Source of the DNA: Cetorhinus maximus
Taxonomy: Eukaryota
Assembly: GCF_964194155.1 (NCBI RefSeq)
Contig: NW_027596273.1
Span: 186,001-250,000 of the forward strand
DNA: 64,000 nt
Direction: 5' to 3'
Shown here: positions 12,300 to 24,205 of the stretch, piece after piece
Layout: every line of letters begins with the position of its first letter
Position numbering within the stretch: the stretch's first letter is position 1
Position numbers and translations under genes: made by a program
The notes under the pieces: generated by a model
Told to the model about the DNA's origin: nothing
Database searches by the model: none
Seen by the model: the letters and a program-made list of their open reading frames with translations, nothing else

Positions 12300-12575
12300 G
12301 TCAGTTTATTTCCGGGGTTTGCGGTTTACACATGTTTCCGGAGCCTCTCGGTCCACGCGCCGGATCCATCGCTCCCTCCGCCCCGCTATCTCCACCTTTA
12401 CCCATTGTGGACCCGTCTCCCCATCGCCATTACCCGCACTGCGCATGCTTCAGTCACAGCCTGGCCCCGCCCCTCCATTCACTCCGATTGGATGGAGGAC
12501 CAGTCCCGCCCTCTCTTCCTATTGGTCCTGAGCTGCCGTCAATCACCCGGGCATTGTGACGGTTTCAAACGCTGA
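12300..12575. promoter_or_regulatory. ZNF-type promoter cassette (orphan copy)
   Basis: NRF1 site tgcgcatgc, GC boxes, two ATTGG boxes; homologous to 20510-20650 and 61565-61690. Confidence 0.65.
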
Positions 12576-12686
12576 GAGCGGCCACAGACTCAGCCTGACT
12601 TGCTGATTCTTGGCAGCATTTTCTGTTTGGGAATTAGAGCTAGAGATGGATGGTCTGTTCCCCTCTGTCCGGGGGGATTCACACTC

Positions 12687-12757
12687 ATTTCCCCAGTGCA
12701 GTGATTCTCACGTTTACTTTATATGAGAAAGTCCCCGGTTCAATCCCGGCTGGAAAC
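12687..12757 (+). pseudogene. tRNA-Val pseudogene
   Basis: tttccccagtgcagtgattctcacg...aaagtccccggttcaatcccggctggaaac. Confidence 0.6.
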
Positions 12758-12899
12758 TTTGTGTTTAACATTGTTACTGATGAGGAATTAACAGTGAGTT
12801 TAGTTTCATGTCGAACAGGGTGACAGTTACTGTTGTCTCATTCCAGAGAAAACTGATCCACTCTGACCCAAAATCAAAATACTGTAACACCCTAGGTGG

Positions 12900-13205
12900 A
12901 AATCCAACCTAGAACTAGGGGGTCACTGTTTAAAAATAAGGGGTGGCCCATTTAAGACAGAATTGAAGAGAATATTTTTCACTCAGAGGGTCATGAGTCT
13001 TTGGAATTGTCTTCCTCAAAAGGCGGTGGAGGCACAGTCTTTCAATATTTTTAAGGCAGAGCTCGGTAGATTCTTGATAAGCAAGGAGGTGAAAGGTTAT
13101 CAGGGATAGGCAGGAATGTGGAGTTAAGGTTACAATTAAATCAGTTCAATTAGATCAGACTCGAGGGGCCGAGTGGCCTCGTCCTGCCCCTAATTCGTAT
13201 ATTTG
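12900..13205 (+). mobile_element. CR1 3' end
   Basis: agaactagggggtcactgtttaaaaataaggggt... followed by 3'UTR. Confidence 0.8.
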
Positions 13206-13419
13206 TTTGACCTCAAAACAAAAAATATTGGAAACTCTGAGCAGGTCAAACAGCATCTACAGAGAGGGAAACAGAGTGAATGCTTCAGGTCAGGAACCTT
13301 TGATCCAAACTGGAAAAGAATTAGAGATTGAACAGTTTACCGGCAAGTACAAAGTTAGAGAAAAGAGTGGAGGAGGATGGTGGGGTCGAAGGATTTTCTT
13401 ATGATGAGAGACAATAGTG

Positions 13420-13790
13420 GATTTAAAGGTGAGAGGGACAGTACGAAAAGAGAGAGAACCGTTAAGTATATTGTCTAAAATGTGGAAGTTGGATGGTCAG
13501 CAGTTTAGTGAGAATAGTGTCAAGGAAGCCGAAGGCACGTCTCAGAGACAAGATGAGCTGAAGGAGATAGAAGATAGGAGAGAAACTGGAGAAAGATGCA
13601 AGTGCAGAGCTTGGACAAGAAGGTGCTTCAGATACAGTTTGGCCAGGTGGGCTAGTGGAAGGGAGGGAAGAAGCAGAGGCAGCTGATCGGATTGTCTCAA
13701 TTTTAGTGACAAAGAACCTTCATGAGCTTCTCATACTTGTTGTTTGAGGTGAGGAGGAGGATACGGGGAAAGGGAGAGCACTTCAAAAGA
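13420..13790 (-). mobile_element. L2 fragment shared downstream of the subfamily-A ZNF paralogs
   Basis: Homologous to 23680-23890, 32150-32540 and 48210-48600. Confidence 0.7.
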
Positions 13791-13981
13791 AACTAACTTC
13801 TGTTAGAGATATTAGAAGATTCACCACACTGTGCGTTCAGAACAAAGCTGATTTATTTGATTTTTATCCAAAATATTAACCATTATAACTGGGCTGGAGT
13901 TCATTAATATCAGCAGAAACAGACCCCAATGAACATGGTTCAGTCCTGGGCATGATTAACAGCAAAATAAAATCACTGTAA

Positions 13982-15046
13982 TTATTTGTGAACTCGCTGG
14001 TGACTCATCAGGGTGGATGACCAAGTGAATCTCTTCCCACCCACGAAACAAGTGAATGGTCTCTCCACACTGTGAGCTCGTTGGTGTGTCTGCAGATGGG
14101 ATGACCGAGTAAATCCCTTCCCACACTTGGAGCAGGTGAATGGCCTCTCTCCAGTGTGAATTCGCTGGTGTTCAGTGAGCTGAGCCGATTGCCTGAACCC
14201 AATCTCACAGTGAGAGCATCTGAATGGTCTCTCATCAGTGTGAATACATTGATGGGACATCAGATCCCCAGATCTTTTATAGCACTTCCCACAGTCTGGG
14301 CATTTAAAAGGTCTCTCATCAGTGTGGACTCGTTGATGGCGCATCAGTTCTCCAGAACTTTTAAAACATTTCCTGCAGTCTATGCATTTAAAAGGTCTCT
14401 TGTCAGTGTGAACTCGCTGGTGTGACAGCAGATTGGCTGATTGAGTGAATCCCATCCCACACTCGGAGCAGAGGAATGGTCTCTCCCCAGTGTGAATTCG
14501 CTGGTGTACAGTGAGTTCAGATGATCGCCTGAAACCACTTCCGCAGTGAGAGCAGCTGAACGGTCTCTCGTCAGTGTGAATATGTTGATGGGACATAAGT
14601 TTGGGACATAAGTTTATCTAAAGTTTGATAGCACTTCCCACAGTCCGGGCATTTAAAAGGTCTCTTGTCAGTGTGAACTCGCTGGTGTCTCATCAAGTTG
14701 GATGAACAAGTGAATCCCTTCCCACACTCGAAGCAGGTGAATGGTTTCTCCCCAGTGTGACCTCGCTCGTGTATCAGCAGGGTGGATGACTGAGCAAATC
14801 CCTTCCACACTTGGGGCAGATGAACGGCCTCTCCCCAGTGTGAACTCTTCGGTGTGTCAGCAGGTCAGATGAATTAATGAATCCCTTCCCACACTCGGAG
14901 CAGGTGAATGGTCTCTCTCCTGAGTGAACTCGCTGATGTTTCAGCAGGTGGTTTGACTTTGTGAATCCCTTCCCACACTTGGAGCAGATGAACGGCCTCT
15001 CCTCAGTGTGAACTCGCTGGTGTGTCAGCAGGTTGGTTGAATCAAT
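13982..15046 (-). pseudogene. C2H2 zinc-finger pseudogene (about 12 fingers), frameshifted and 5'-truncated
   Basis: TGERPF linkers; 13-bp tandem duplication at 14590-14615, 1-bp deletion near 14805, interrupted at 15046. Confidence 0.9.
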
Positions 15047-15555
15047 GGTGAAGGCATTGCCCTGAGAAACGAGTCAGCAAATGGCTGTCAGTTATATTGT
15101 TTAGCTGAGAAAGGCACAATGTATGCTCAGCTAAACAAAATAAATGACAGCCATTGGCTGATTCATTCCTCAGATAATGCCTTGACCAATCAGGGACAAG
15201 CTGCCTGGTTTAAATTTCAAACAATGCTTGGCAGTTAACTGCCAGTCACCATCAATGGTGCATTCTCCATGGCAATGCCACTTGCCAACCAATCCGCACT
15301 CTCTTCACACACAGTAAAACTTGTTGTTATTGGTATTCTTTGGACAGATTTTTAATCAGTAAGGGGTATGGGGACAAGGCAAGAAAGTGGAGTTGAGGAT
15401 TATCAAATGAGCCAAGATCTCATCATGGTGGAGCAGATTCGATGGGCCGAATGGCCTACTTCTGCTCCTATGTCTTATGGTCGTATTCTTGCGAAGTGTC
15501 CTGATGAGTGTAAGATGAAAAGCATAGACCAGTCTCTTTTTTCAGCAATACTTAT
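15047..15555 (+). mobile_element. Penelope-like terminal fragment with fold-back and hammerhead remnant
   Basis: About 62-bp inverted arms at 15047-15187; gtgtcCTGATGAgtgtaagatGAAAagcatagac at about 15496-15529. Confidence 0.55.
15341..15482 (+). mobile_element. short CR1 3' tail insertion with 8-bp TSD
   Basis: gtattctt at 15333-15340 and 15483-15490. Confidence 0.8.
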
Positions 15556-15669
15556 GTCCTGTTCTATCAAATGACTATTACAGGTGTTATTAACATCAGC
15601 AAAAACCAGAATTAATATGGTTCAATGTTGAATGAGACTAACAGCAGGCATAACAGCAGAATACAGCTC

Positions 15670-15895
15670 CTTTAGTGACTTGTGGACCCACTGGCATCTC
15701 AGCAGGGTGGATAACTGAGTAAATCCCATCCCACACTCAGAGCAGGTGAATGGCCTCCCCTAGTGTGAATTCACTGGTGTCTCAGCAGGGTCGATAACTG
15801 AGTGAATCCCCTCTTGCACTCAGAGCAGGTGAATAGCCTCTCCCCAGTGTGAACTGGCTGGTGTCTCAGGAGGTGGGATGATTCAGTGAATCCAT
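15670..15895 (-). pseudogene. 3' end of another C2H2 ZNF (about 2.5 decayed fingers)
   Basis: [16 protein letters not shown] repeats, with the ZNF-type 3'UTR at 15585-15670. Confidence 0.75.
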
Positions 15896-16830
15896 CCCAT
15901 TCCTAGTCATTTGCTAATTAGTTTAAATCTAAGCCCTCTGGTCATTGACATCTCTGTTAATGGAAGTAGGTCCTTCCTATCAACTCCATCTGGCCCCTCA
16001 TAATTTTATACATCTCAGCTAAATCTCCGCTCAGCCTCTTCTGTTCCAAAGAAAACAACCCCAGCCAATGCAATCTTTCCTCACAGTTAAAATTCTCCAG
16101 CCCTGTCAACATCCTTGTAAATCTCCTCTGTACCCTCCCTGTTGTGAACACATCCTTCCTGTAATGCAGTGACCAGAACTTTAGTCAGTAATCTAGCTGT
16201 GGTCTAACTAGTGATTTATACAGCTTTGGTATAAACCCCCCTGAGTTTGGAATAAAAACAGAAAATGCTAGAAATACTCAGCAGCTCTGGCAACATCTGA
16301 GGAGAGAAAGGGGTTTCAGGTATGTGATCTTTCATCAACAGAAAATGCTGGAAATATTTCCTGCTCTTGTATTCTATGTCTCAGTTAATAACAAAAAGTA
16401 TCCTGTCTGCCTTTTTAAACACCTTATCTACCTCTCCTGGCACCTTCAGGGATCTGTAGACATGCACTCCAATGTCCCTCTGTTCCTCTACACTTCTCAC
16501 CATCATACCAGTAATATTCTTTCCCTTTGCCTTGGTTTTCCTCCCCAAATGTATTTATTACCTCACACTTCTCCAGGCTGATCTCCATTTGCTACTTTTT
16601 TTGCCCACCTGATCAGCCTATTGATATCTTTCTGCAGCCTATAGCTTTATTCCTCACTGTTAACCACAAAGCTGCCAATATCTTAATCATGGCCCCTATG
16701 TTAAAGTCTAATTCAGTGATTTATATCATAAAAGCATGGGATCCTGCAGTAAGCCATCCAGGGCTCCACTGGAAACAGCCTTCTTGTCCCAAAAACACCT
16801 CTCAACCATTCCCCTTTGTGATCGTCCAGC
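15895..16830 (-). mobile_element. CR1 RT fragments
   Basis: RVQRRFTRMLTGLE...LFSLEQKRLSGDL. Confidence 0.8.
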
Positions 16831-17304
16831 ACATTGTTTAATACGTACAAACATACGAATGTATGATCTAGGAGCAAGAGTAGGCCACTTGGCCCTTCAA
16901 GCCTGCTCCGCCATTCAATAAGATCTTGGCTGATCTGATTTTAACCTTTCACCTACCCCCAATAACCTTACACCTCTTTGTTAATCAAGAATCTATCTAG
17001 CTCTGCTATAAGTGTCTTCAAACCCTATTTGAACTAGAGTTTGGCCCCAGGAGCATGATATATAGAATGCATAGGATGCATCCTGGTTTTCCGACATGGA
17101 ACCGGATGCGCAACTCACAGGACTTGGATGCCCTGCCATCCCTTTGTTTATCCAATTATTAATTCACTTAAACAAAATAAACTAATGATTAAAATAATTA
17201 AGGATTCATCAGCTAATCTCCAATCAGCTTCTTCCATTGTGTTGAAGTCAGCTTACTTTTATAGGAACTTAACAGAAATGTTTGAGTTGATTGGGATTAT
17301 ATTC

Positions 17305-17712
17305 GCTGGAGTTCAGAAGAATGAGGGGGGATCTCATAGAAACCTATAAAATTTTAACAGGACTAGATAGGGTCGATGCAGGATAAATGTTCCCAATGGT
17401 TGGTCAGTCCAGAACCAGGGGTCACAGTCTGAGCATACGGGGTAGACCATTTAGGACTGAGATGAGGAGAAATTTCTTCACCCAGAGAATGGTGAGCCTG
17501 TGGAATACGTTACCACAGAAAGTAGTTGAGACCAAACCATTGTATGTTTTCAAGAAGGAGTTAGATATACTCTTGGGGTGAAAGGGATCAAAGGGTATGG
17601 GGAGAAAGCAGGAGCAGGCTATTGAGTTGGATGATCAGTCATGATCATAATGAATGGCAGAGCAGGCTCGAAGGGCCGAATGGCCTACTCCTGCTCCTAG
17701 TTTCTATGTTTT
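17305..17712 (+). mobile_element. CR1 3' end
   Basis: SRTRGHSL...RRNFFTQR followed by 3'UTR. Confidence 0.9.
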
Positions 17713-17899
17713 TCTTAACTCCGAATACCTAAACACCTCAGAGTTTAATTTCCTGAAAAATTCAGACTTCTTCACGATTTCAATCCCTGGTTAGTTAGCT
17801 TTATCATTATCCCCTAGATTTGATTAATTACTGACTCTAATTATATGTTAAATTATCAATTTGTCTTTAGTTTTAGGCTGTGATTACTTTATAGTTGAT

Positions 17900-18385
17900 C
17901 AATGCAGTGACCAGAGCTGTACTCAGTACTCTAGCTGCGCTCTAACTAGTGTTTCACACAATTCTAACACAATCTCCCTGCTCTTACATTCTAGTCCTCA
18001 GACAAGAATGTGTCCCAAATGCCTTTTTGACCACCTGATCTACCTGTCCAGCCACATTCAGGGATCTGTGGATCTGCACTCCAAGGTCTCTTTGTTCCAC
18101 AAAACGGGATGATGCTGAGAAGTATATTGTTCATTCCCTTGTCTTGTTTACCCTCCCAAATTCATTATCTCACACTGCTCCAGATTGAATTCCATTTGCC
18201 ATTTTTCTGCCCATCTGACCAGTCCTTTGATATCTTCCTGCAGTCCACAGCTTTCTTCCTCATTCTCAGCCACACCAGCAACTATTGTAACATCCGTAAA
18301 CTTCTTAAATGTAGGGGCAATGAGTAAGTCCAAATCATTGTTATAAACCACAAACTGTGGAACCCCACTGGAAACAGGCGCCCAG
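17900..18385 (-). mobile_element. CR1 RT fragment
   Basis: LQEDIKGLVRWAEKWQMEFN. Confidence 0.8.
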
Positions 18386-18392
18386 ACATGAT

Positions 18393-19535
18393 TCAGTCCT
18401 GGATGTGATTAACAGCAGCAATAACAACAGAACCCAACCCCCGCTGTCGCATGTGAACTTGCTGGTGTCTCAGCAGGTTGTTTGACTGAGCGAACCCCTT
18501 CCCACACATTGAGCAGGTGAACGGCCTCTCCCCAGTGTGAACTCGCTGGTGTGTCAGCAGATTCCTTTTACTTTTAAATCTCTTCTCACAGTCAGAACAC
18601 TTAAAAGGTCTCTGATCAGTGTGAACAAGTTGGTGTGTAGTGAGATGAGATGACTGAGTGAATCTCTTGCCGCACACAAGGCAGGTGTATGGTTTCTCCC
18701 CAGAATGAACTCGCTGGTGTATCAGAAGGTCAGATGAATCAATGAATTCCTGCCCACATTGACTGCAGGTGAATGGCCTCTCCCCAGTGTGAACTCGATT
18801 GTGTCTCACCAGGTGGGCTAACCGAGTGAATCCCTTCCCACAGATAGAGCAGGTGAATAACCTCTCCCCAGTGTGAGTGTGTTGGTGTTTCAGAAGATCC
18901 TTTTTGCTTTTAAATGTCTTCTCACAGTCAGAACAATGGAAAGGTCTCTGATCAGTGTGAACAAATTGGTGTGTCAGAAGGTGGGATGAACAAGTGAATC
19001 TCTTACTACACACGGAGCAGGTAAATGGCCTCTCCCCAGTGTGAGTGCGTTCGTGGTTCAGTAAATCCTTTTTGCTTTTAAAGCTCTTCTCACAGTCACA
19101 ACATTCAAAAGGTCTCTTGTCAGTGTGAACAAGTTTGTGTGTCAGGAGGTGGGATGACTGAGTGAATCCCTTCCCACACACTGAGCAGGTGAATGGCCTC
19201 TCCCCAGTGTGAGTGCGTTGGTGTGTCAGTAGATCCTTTCTGCTTTTAAAGCTCTTCTCACAGTCAGAACATTTAAATGGTCTCTCATCAGAATGAGCAC
19301 GATGGTGAGTCCGGAGGTTTGATAAAGCATTAAATCCCTTCCCACATTCAAGGCAGGTGAATGGCCTCTCACCAGTATGAACATGCTGGTGTGTGTAGAG
19401 GCTGGATGACTGAGTGAATCCCTTCCCACACACAAAGCAGGTGAACGGTCTCTCCCCAGTGTGACTGCGTCGATGAGTTTCCACTTCAGATGGGGAATTG
19501 AATCCCTTCCCACAGTCCCCACATTTCCACGGTTT
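18393..19535 (-). CDS. KRAB-less C2H2 zinc-finger protein, 13 fingers; family start ATG mutated to ACG, coding status uncertain
   Basis: 363-aa ORF with 12 canonical fingers plus an upstream KPWKCGDC finger; splice acceptor tttttacag near 19893. Confidence 0.75.
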   Translation of the reverse strand, partial: KPWKCGDCGKGFNSPSEVETHRRSHTGERPFTCFVCGKGFTQSSSLYTHQHVHTGERPFTCLECGKGFNALSNLRTHHRAHSDERPFKCSDCEKSFKSRKDLLTHQRTHTGERPFTCSVCGKGFTQSSHLLTHKLVHTDKRPFECCDCEKSFKSKKDLLNHERTHTGERPFTCSVCSKRFTCSSHLLTHQFVHTDQRPFHCSDCEKTFKSKKDLLKHQHTHTGERLFTCSICGKGFTRLAHLVRHNRVHTGERPFTCSQCGQEFIDSSDLLIHQRVHSGEKPYTCLVCGKRFTQSSHLTTHQLVHTDQRPFKCSDCEKRFKSKRNLLTHQRVHTGERPFTCSMCGKGFAQSNNLLRHQQVHMRQRGLGSVVIAAVNHIQD

Positions 19536-20439
19536 CCCCGTGGAGCGGGTGTCCTTGTGCCTCTCCAGGTTGCGTGGTCAGTTGAACCCAGGCCACACAC
19601 ATACAATATGTGTACAGTCTCTCCCTCACTGTGATGTTTTTTCAGGCTGTGTAACTGGTTAACTCTTTCCACAGTCAATTCACTGCAACACTGTCACTTG
19701 GGCGTGTGTCTGTCTTCGTGCTTTTCCAGTCACATTGATGTTTGAAATCTTTTCTCACAGACAAACATTCCTCCTTCCACATTCAAAGGCCGATGATATT
19801 CAGGTCCTGGTGAAGCAATTGTCTCTGTCAGATCTTGATGTGATGTTTGGTTTGAATCTCCCATCTGCAAATCAAACCCTCTGAATGCCCTGTAAAAAGA
19901 GTTTAATTTGAAATACTCAAAATATGCAATAAACAAATAGGCCATTCTGTCCAACTATTCTGCTAGTTTTATGCTTCTCCTCCCATTCCATGCAAATTAT
20001 CTCAGCCTTTCAGTTTATCTTTCTAATCCCTTTTCTCTCACATACTCATCTAGTTTCCTGTTGAAATTATCAGTTTTCTTCCCTCAATGGTTTCTGTGAG
20101 TTCCACATCCTCTCACCACTCTCTGAGTAAAGAAATTTCAAGTGGAAACATTGTCTCCATATCTACCCCGTCCAACCCGTTGATCATTGTGAAGACATCT
20201 ATCAGCTCACTGCTCACGCTTCCTTTTTCTAAAGAAAAAAATCCCCAATCCAAACTTTCCCAACACCTGTAATTTTTCTGTTTGTTTACAAAGCCCATCC
20301 CTGTCAGTCGAGGATAGAAATTGAAAAGAGACAGATATTTCTCTTGGTTTGAGTTTGCTGTGTGTAAATCCCCCCCTTCTAACCCCCTGTCAGTCCAGGA
20401 TAGAAATTCACAACATTCTCTCCTCCTGCTCCGGGTTTG

Positions 20440-20760
20440 TCACCGGGACATTTCTTCTCGGGTCCACTCGGTGCAAACAGAGAGTCGGTTGCTTCTCATT
20501 CGGGCTTCACGGTTTACACAACATGTTTCCGGAGCCTCTCCGCCCACCCGCCGGATCCCTCGCTCCCTCCACCCCGCCATCCCCCCCTTTACCCATTGTG
20601 GATGCGGGAAACAAACATCCGTCCTGGTCATGACTGACACTGCGCATGCTCCCAACACTGGGCGGCACAGCGCCTGCGCACTGCTCTCCTGTAGCGTTGA
20701 TAGGGGACATTCTTCACCGCCGTGCATGCTGGGTAAAATCGCCGCCATAGCGAATCCCAA
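20440..20760 (-). promoter_or_regulatory. promoter/first exon of the 18.4-19.9 kb ZNF
   Basis: CpG-rich; NRF1 sites tgcgcatgc and gcgcctgcgca; YY1-like cgccgccat. Confidence 0.65.
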
Positions 20761-20819
20761 TTGTAAACAGATTTATTTTTGTTTTCTCACTGGGGTCGGA
20801 CGGCCAATAAATAAGATTA

Positions 20820-21230
20820 AATTCCTGCTGTGTTTTCTTTAATTAACCCATATTTGTCGATGTGAATATTAATTTTATCCCGAATCATTGTTTCTAGGAG
20901 TTTCCCCACCACTGAAGTTAAGCTGACTGGCCTGTAGTTACTGGGCTTATCTTTACCCCTTTTCAACAAAGTTGTAATGTTTGCATTTCTCCAGTCCTCT
21001 GGAACCACCTCTGAGTCTAAGTATGATTGGAAAATTATGGCCAGCGCCCACATTTTCCACTCTTACTTCCCTCATTATCCTTGGATGCAACTCATCCAGT
21101 CCTGGTGCTTTATCAACTTTAAGCATAGACAGCCTACCTAATGTCTCCTTCTTACCAATTTTAAATACTTCTATTGTTTTAATTACCTCCTATTTCACCG
21201 TAGCCTGGTAGTATCTTCCTTGGTAAAGAC
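20820..21230 (-). mobile_element. CR1 RT N-terminal fragment
   Basis: VPEDWRNANIT...NYRPVSLTSVVGKLLE. Confidence 0.85.
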
Positions 21231-21349
21231 AGATGCAAAGTATTCTTTCTCTCTGCAATATTATTCTCTCATTCATTCTCTCTCCAGTCAGAATGTGCCC
21301 ATTGCCCTTTGTTGTTGCATTGGCCTTTATTGCCTTTCATCATCCTTAT

Positions 21350-21985
21350 TTGGCCTTTAATGCAAGAGGATTGAAGTACAAGAAGGAAGTTGTCTTGCTA
21401 CAATTATACAGGGCTTTGCTGAGGCCACAACTGCAACCCTGTGTGCAGTTCTGACTTCCACATTTAAGAAAGGTTATACTTACATTGGAGGTAGTGGAGT
21501 GAAGATTCACGACATTGGCCCCTGGGGTGAAATGGTTGTCCTATGGTGAGTGACTGAGTAAATTGGGTCTACAATCTTAGGAGTTTAAAAGGTGAGAGGT
21601 GATCTCATTGAAACATTTAAGATTCTAAGGAGCTTGACAAGGCAGACATGGAGAGGTTGTCTCACCGGCTGAAGAATCAAAAACATGGGGCACAGTCTCA
21701 GAACAAGGATCTGATTATTTAGGACTGAGGTGAGGAGAAATTTCTTCACTCATGCTGTTGTGAGGCTTTGGAATTCTGTACTCCAGAGGATTGTGGATGG
21801 TCCATTGTTGAATACATTAAAGGCTGAGATAGACAAATCTTTGGTCTCTTGGTGAATCAACATAAATGGGGAACAGGTGGAAAAGTGGAGTTGAAGCCAA
21901 AGATCAGCCATGATCATATTCAATGATGGAGCAGGCTCGAGGGGCTCTATGGACTATTCTGCTGCTATTTCTCATGAACTTATGT
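21350..21985 (+). mobile_element. CR1 3' region
   Basis: RGLKYKKEVVLLQLYRALLRPQL followed by 3'UTR. Confidence 0.85.
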
Positions 21986-22694
21986 CCAGAAAATCCTTTT
22001 AACTTCTGAAACTGATTCGATTTCTGATTCCCAGCTGTTTGTGTTTTAATCCTGTCCCACTGAGTGATTTCACTGTGACTGAATATGGTTTTACTGATCA
22101 ATGGACATTTAGCTGTCAGTGACTGCACTGCAGAAACAATTCGTTTAACTGTTCTGCGTGGAAATGAGAAACTGAGCAGAAAATGTTTAACAGGTACACT
22201 TGTCTCAAATACTGAGACTAGAGAAGGGAAATGTGTTGTTGACAGCAAGCAGTCTCAGGCATTCCATTTCTGATTGGTTGTTTTTATTTAATTGTAAGAA
22301 AATAGGGAAGTGTAACACAGAAATAAGAAGAGTTCATACACCACCGCCCCACACAGCTTACATCATTATTTTGATAAACGCTCCAAGATTTAGTCTTTTA
22401 AATTCTATTTGTCTTCAATACTCGGCTTTCCAAGAGCTTCTTTTAAACTCTTCAACTCATCTGTGATGGTCACTTTCTGTGCCAAACCTGCCTTTTTAGG
22501 AAATAAATTGATCATTACTTCTCTCTGCCAGCCTAACTTTCTCTCTTTTTATGTATGTCTTTCTCACTCTGCATCATTCTCCATCAATCCCACTCCCACA
22601 GTATTTGGAATATATATTGTTCTTCAATAGAAACAGGAGGAGGCCATTCAGCCATTGACGCTGCTCATAATTCACTAAGAGAATTGTTAGAATT

Positions 22695-23483
22695 GGAAAA
22701 AGCACGGTTCACAGTGGGGAGAAACTGTACACGTGTTCTGTGTGTGGACGAGGCTTCAACCAATCATCTGGCCTGTCAAAACATAAATGCCATCACAACA
22801 GGGAGAAACCGTGGAAATGTGGTGACTGTGGGAAGGGATTTGATTACCCATCAGAGCTGGAAATTCATCGACGCAGTCACACTGGGGAGATGCCATTCAC
22901 CTGCTCCCACTGTGGGAAGGGATTTAGTAAGTCATCCACCCTGCTGACACACCAGCGCACTCACACTGGTGAGAGGCCCTTCACCTGCTCCGATTGTGGG
23001 AAGGAATTCACGCAGTCATCCAACCTACTGACACATCAGCGGGTTCACACTCGGGAGAGGCCATTCATCTGTTCTGAGTGTGGGAAGGGGTTCATTTTTT
23101 CAGCCAACCTGCTGACACACCAGCGAGTTCACACTGACGAGAGACCTTTCACATGTCCAGACTGTGGGAAGTGCTATAAAACTCCCCAGGAACTGATGTA
23201 CCATCAACGTGTTCACACTGATGAGAGACCATTCAGGTGCTCTCACTGCGGAACTGGGTTCAGGCGATCATCTCATCTCACTGCACACCAGCGCACTCAC
23301 AGCGGAGAGAAACTGTTCACCTGCTCTGAATGTGGGGTGGGATTCACTCAATCATCCACCCTGCTAAGACACCAGCGAGTTCACACTGGGGAGAGGCCAT
23401 TCACCTGCTCTGAGTGTGGGAAGAGATTCACTCAGTCATCCACCCTGCTTAGACACCGGCAAGTTCACAAGAAATGGCAATGA
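22695..23483 (+). CDS. KRAB-less C2H2 ZNF, 9 intact fingers, but family ATG and acceptor missing (likely 5'-truncated)
   Basis: [17 protein letters not shown]...VHKKWQ; in-frame TAA at 22668 and no ATG at the family start position. Confidence 0.7.
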   Translation, partial: GKSTVHSGEKLYTCSVCGRGFNQSSGLSKHKCHHNREKPWKCGDCGKGFDYPSELEIHRRSHTGEMPFTCSHCGKGFSKSSTLLTHQRTHTGERPFTCSDCGKEFTQSSNLLTHQRVHTRERPFICSECGKGFIFSANLLTHQRVHTDERPFTCPDCGKCYKTPQELMYHQRVHTDERPFRCSHCGTGFRRSSHLTAHQRTHSGEKLFTCSECGVGFTQSSTLLRHQRVHTGERPFTCSECGKRFTQSSTLLRHRQVHKKWQ

Positions 23484-23892
23484 TTGAATTCTGCTGTGAA
23501 TCACATCCAGGACTGAACCATGTTCATTGGGGTCAGTTGTTGCTGATGTTCATAAACTCCAGCCCAGTTATAAGGGAGAATATTTTGGATATAAATCAAA
23601 TAAATCAGCTTTGTGTTAAACATACATTGTGTCGAGTCTTTTTAATGTCTGTAACACAAGTTCATTCCTTTTGAAGTGCTCTCCCTCTCCCCTCCAACAA
23701 GTGTGAGGCGCTCATGGAGCTTCTTTGTCACTAAGATTGAGAGAATCCGATCAGCTGCCTCTGCTGCTTCCCTCCCTTCCACTTGTCCATTGGGCCAAAC
23801 TGCCTCTAAAGACCCTTTTTTTCCAAGTTCTGTACTCTCATATTTCTCCAGTTTCTCTCCTATCTCCCTATCAGAGCTCATTTTGTCCATTT

Positions 23893-24205
23893 AGGGAAGG
23901 CAATAGCGTAGTGGTGTTGTCGCTGGACGAGTAATGCAGGGACCTGGGTTCAAATCCCACCACGGCAGAGGGTGAAATTTGAATTCAATAAAAATCTGGA
24001 ATTAAAAGTTGAATGATGACCGTGAAACCATTGTCGATTGTTGGAAAAACCCATCTGGTTCAGTAATGCCCTTTAGGGAAGGAAATCTGTTATCCTTACT
24101 TGGTCTCTCCTCCAGACTCGCAGCAATGTGGTTGGCTTTTAAGTGGCCTCGCAAGCCACTCAGTTATCACCACCTCAAGGGCAACTAGGGATGGGCAATA
24201 AATGC
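23893..24205 (+). mobile_element. full-length tRNA-derived SINE sharing its 3' tail with the LINE at 27350-28797
   Basis: A/B boxes tagcgtagtgg / gggttcaaatccc; tail gcaactagggatgggcaataaatgc. Confidence 0.8.

Noticed and set aside
19226-19678. Alternative-frame ORFs over ZNF arrays (VGRDSL repeats; also 14008, 22555, 25604)
   Set aside because: Shadow frames of C2H2 repeats.
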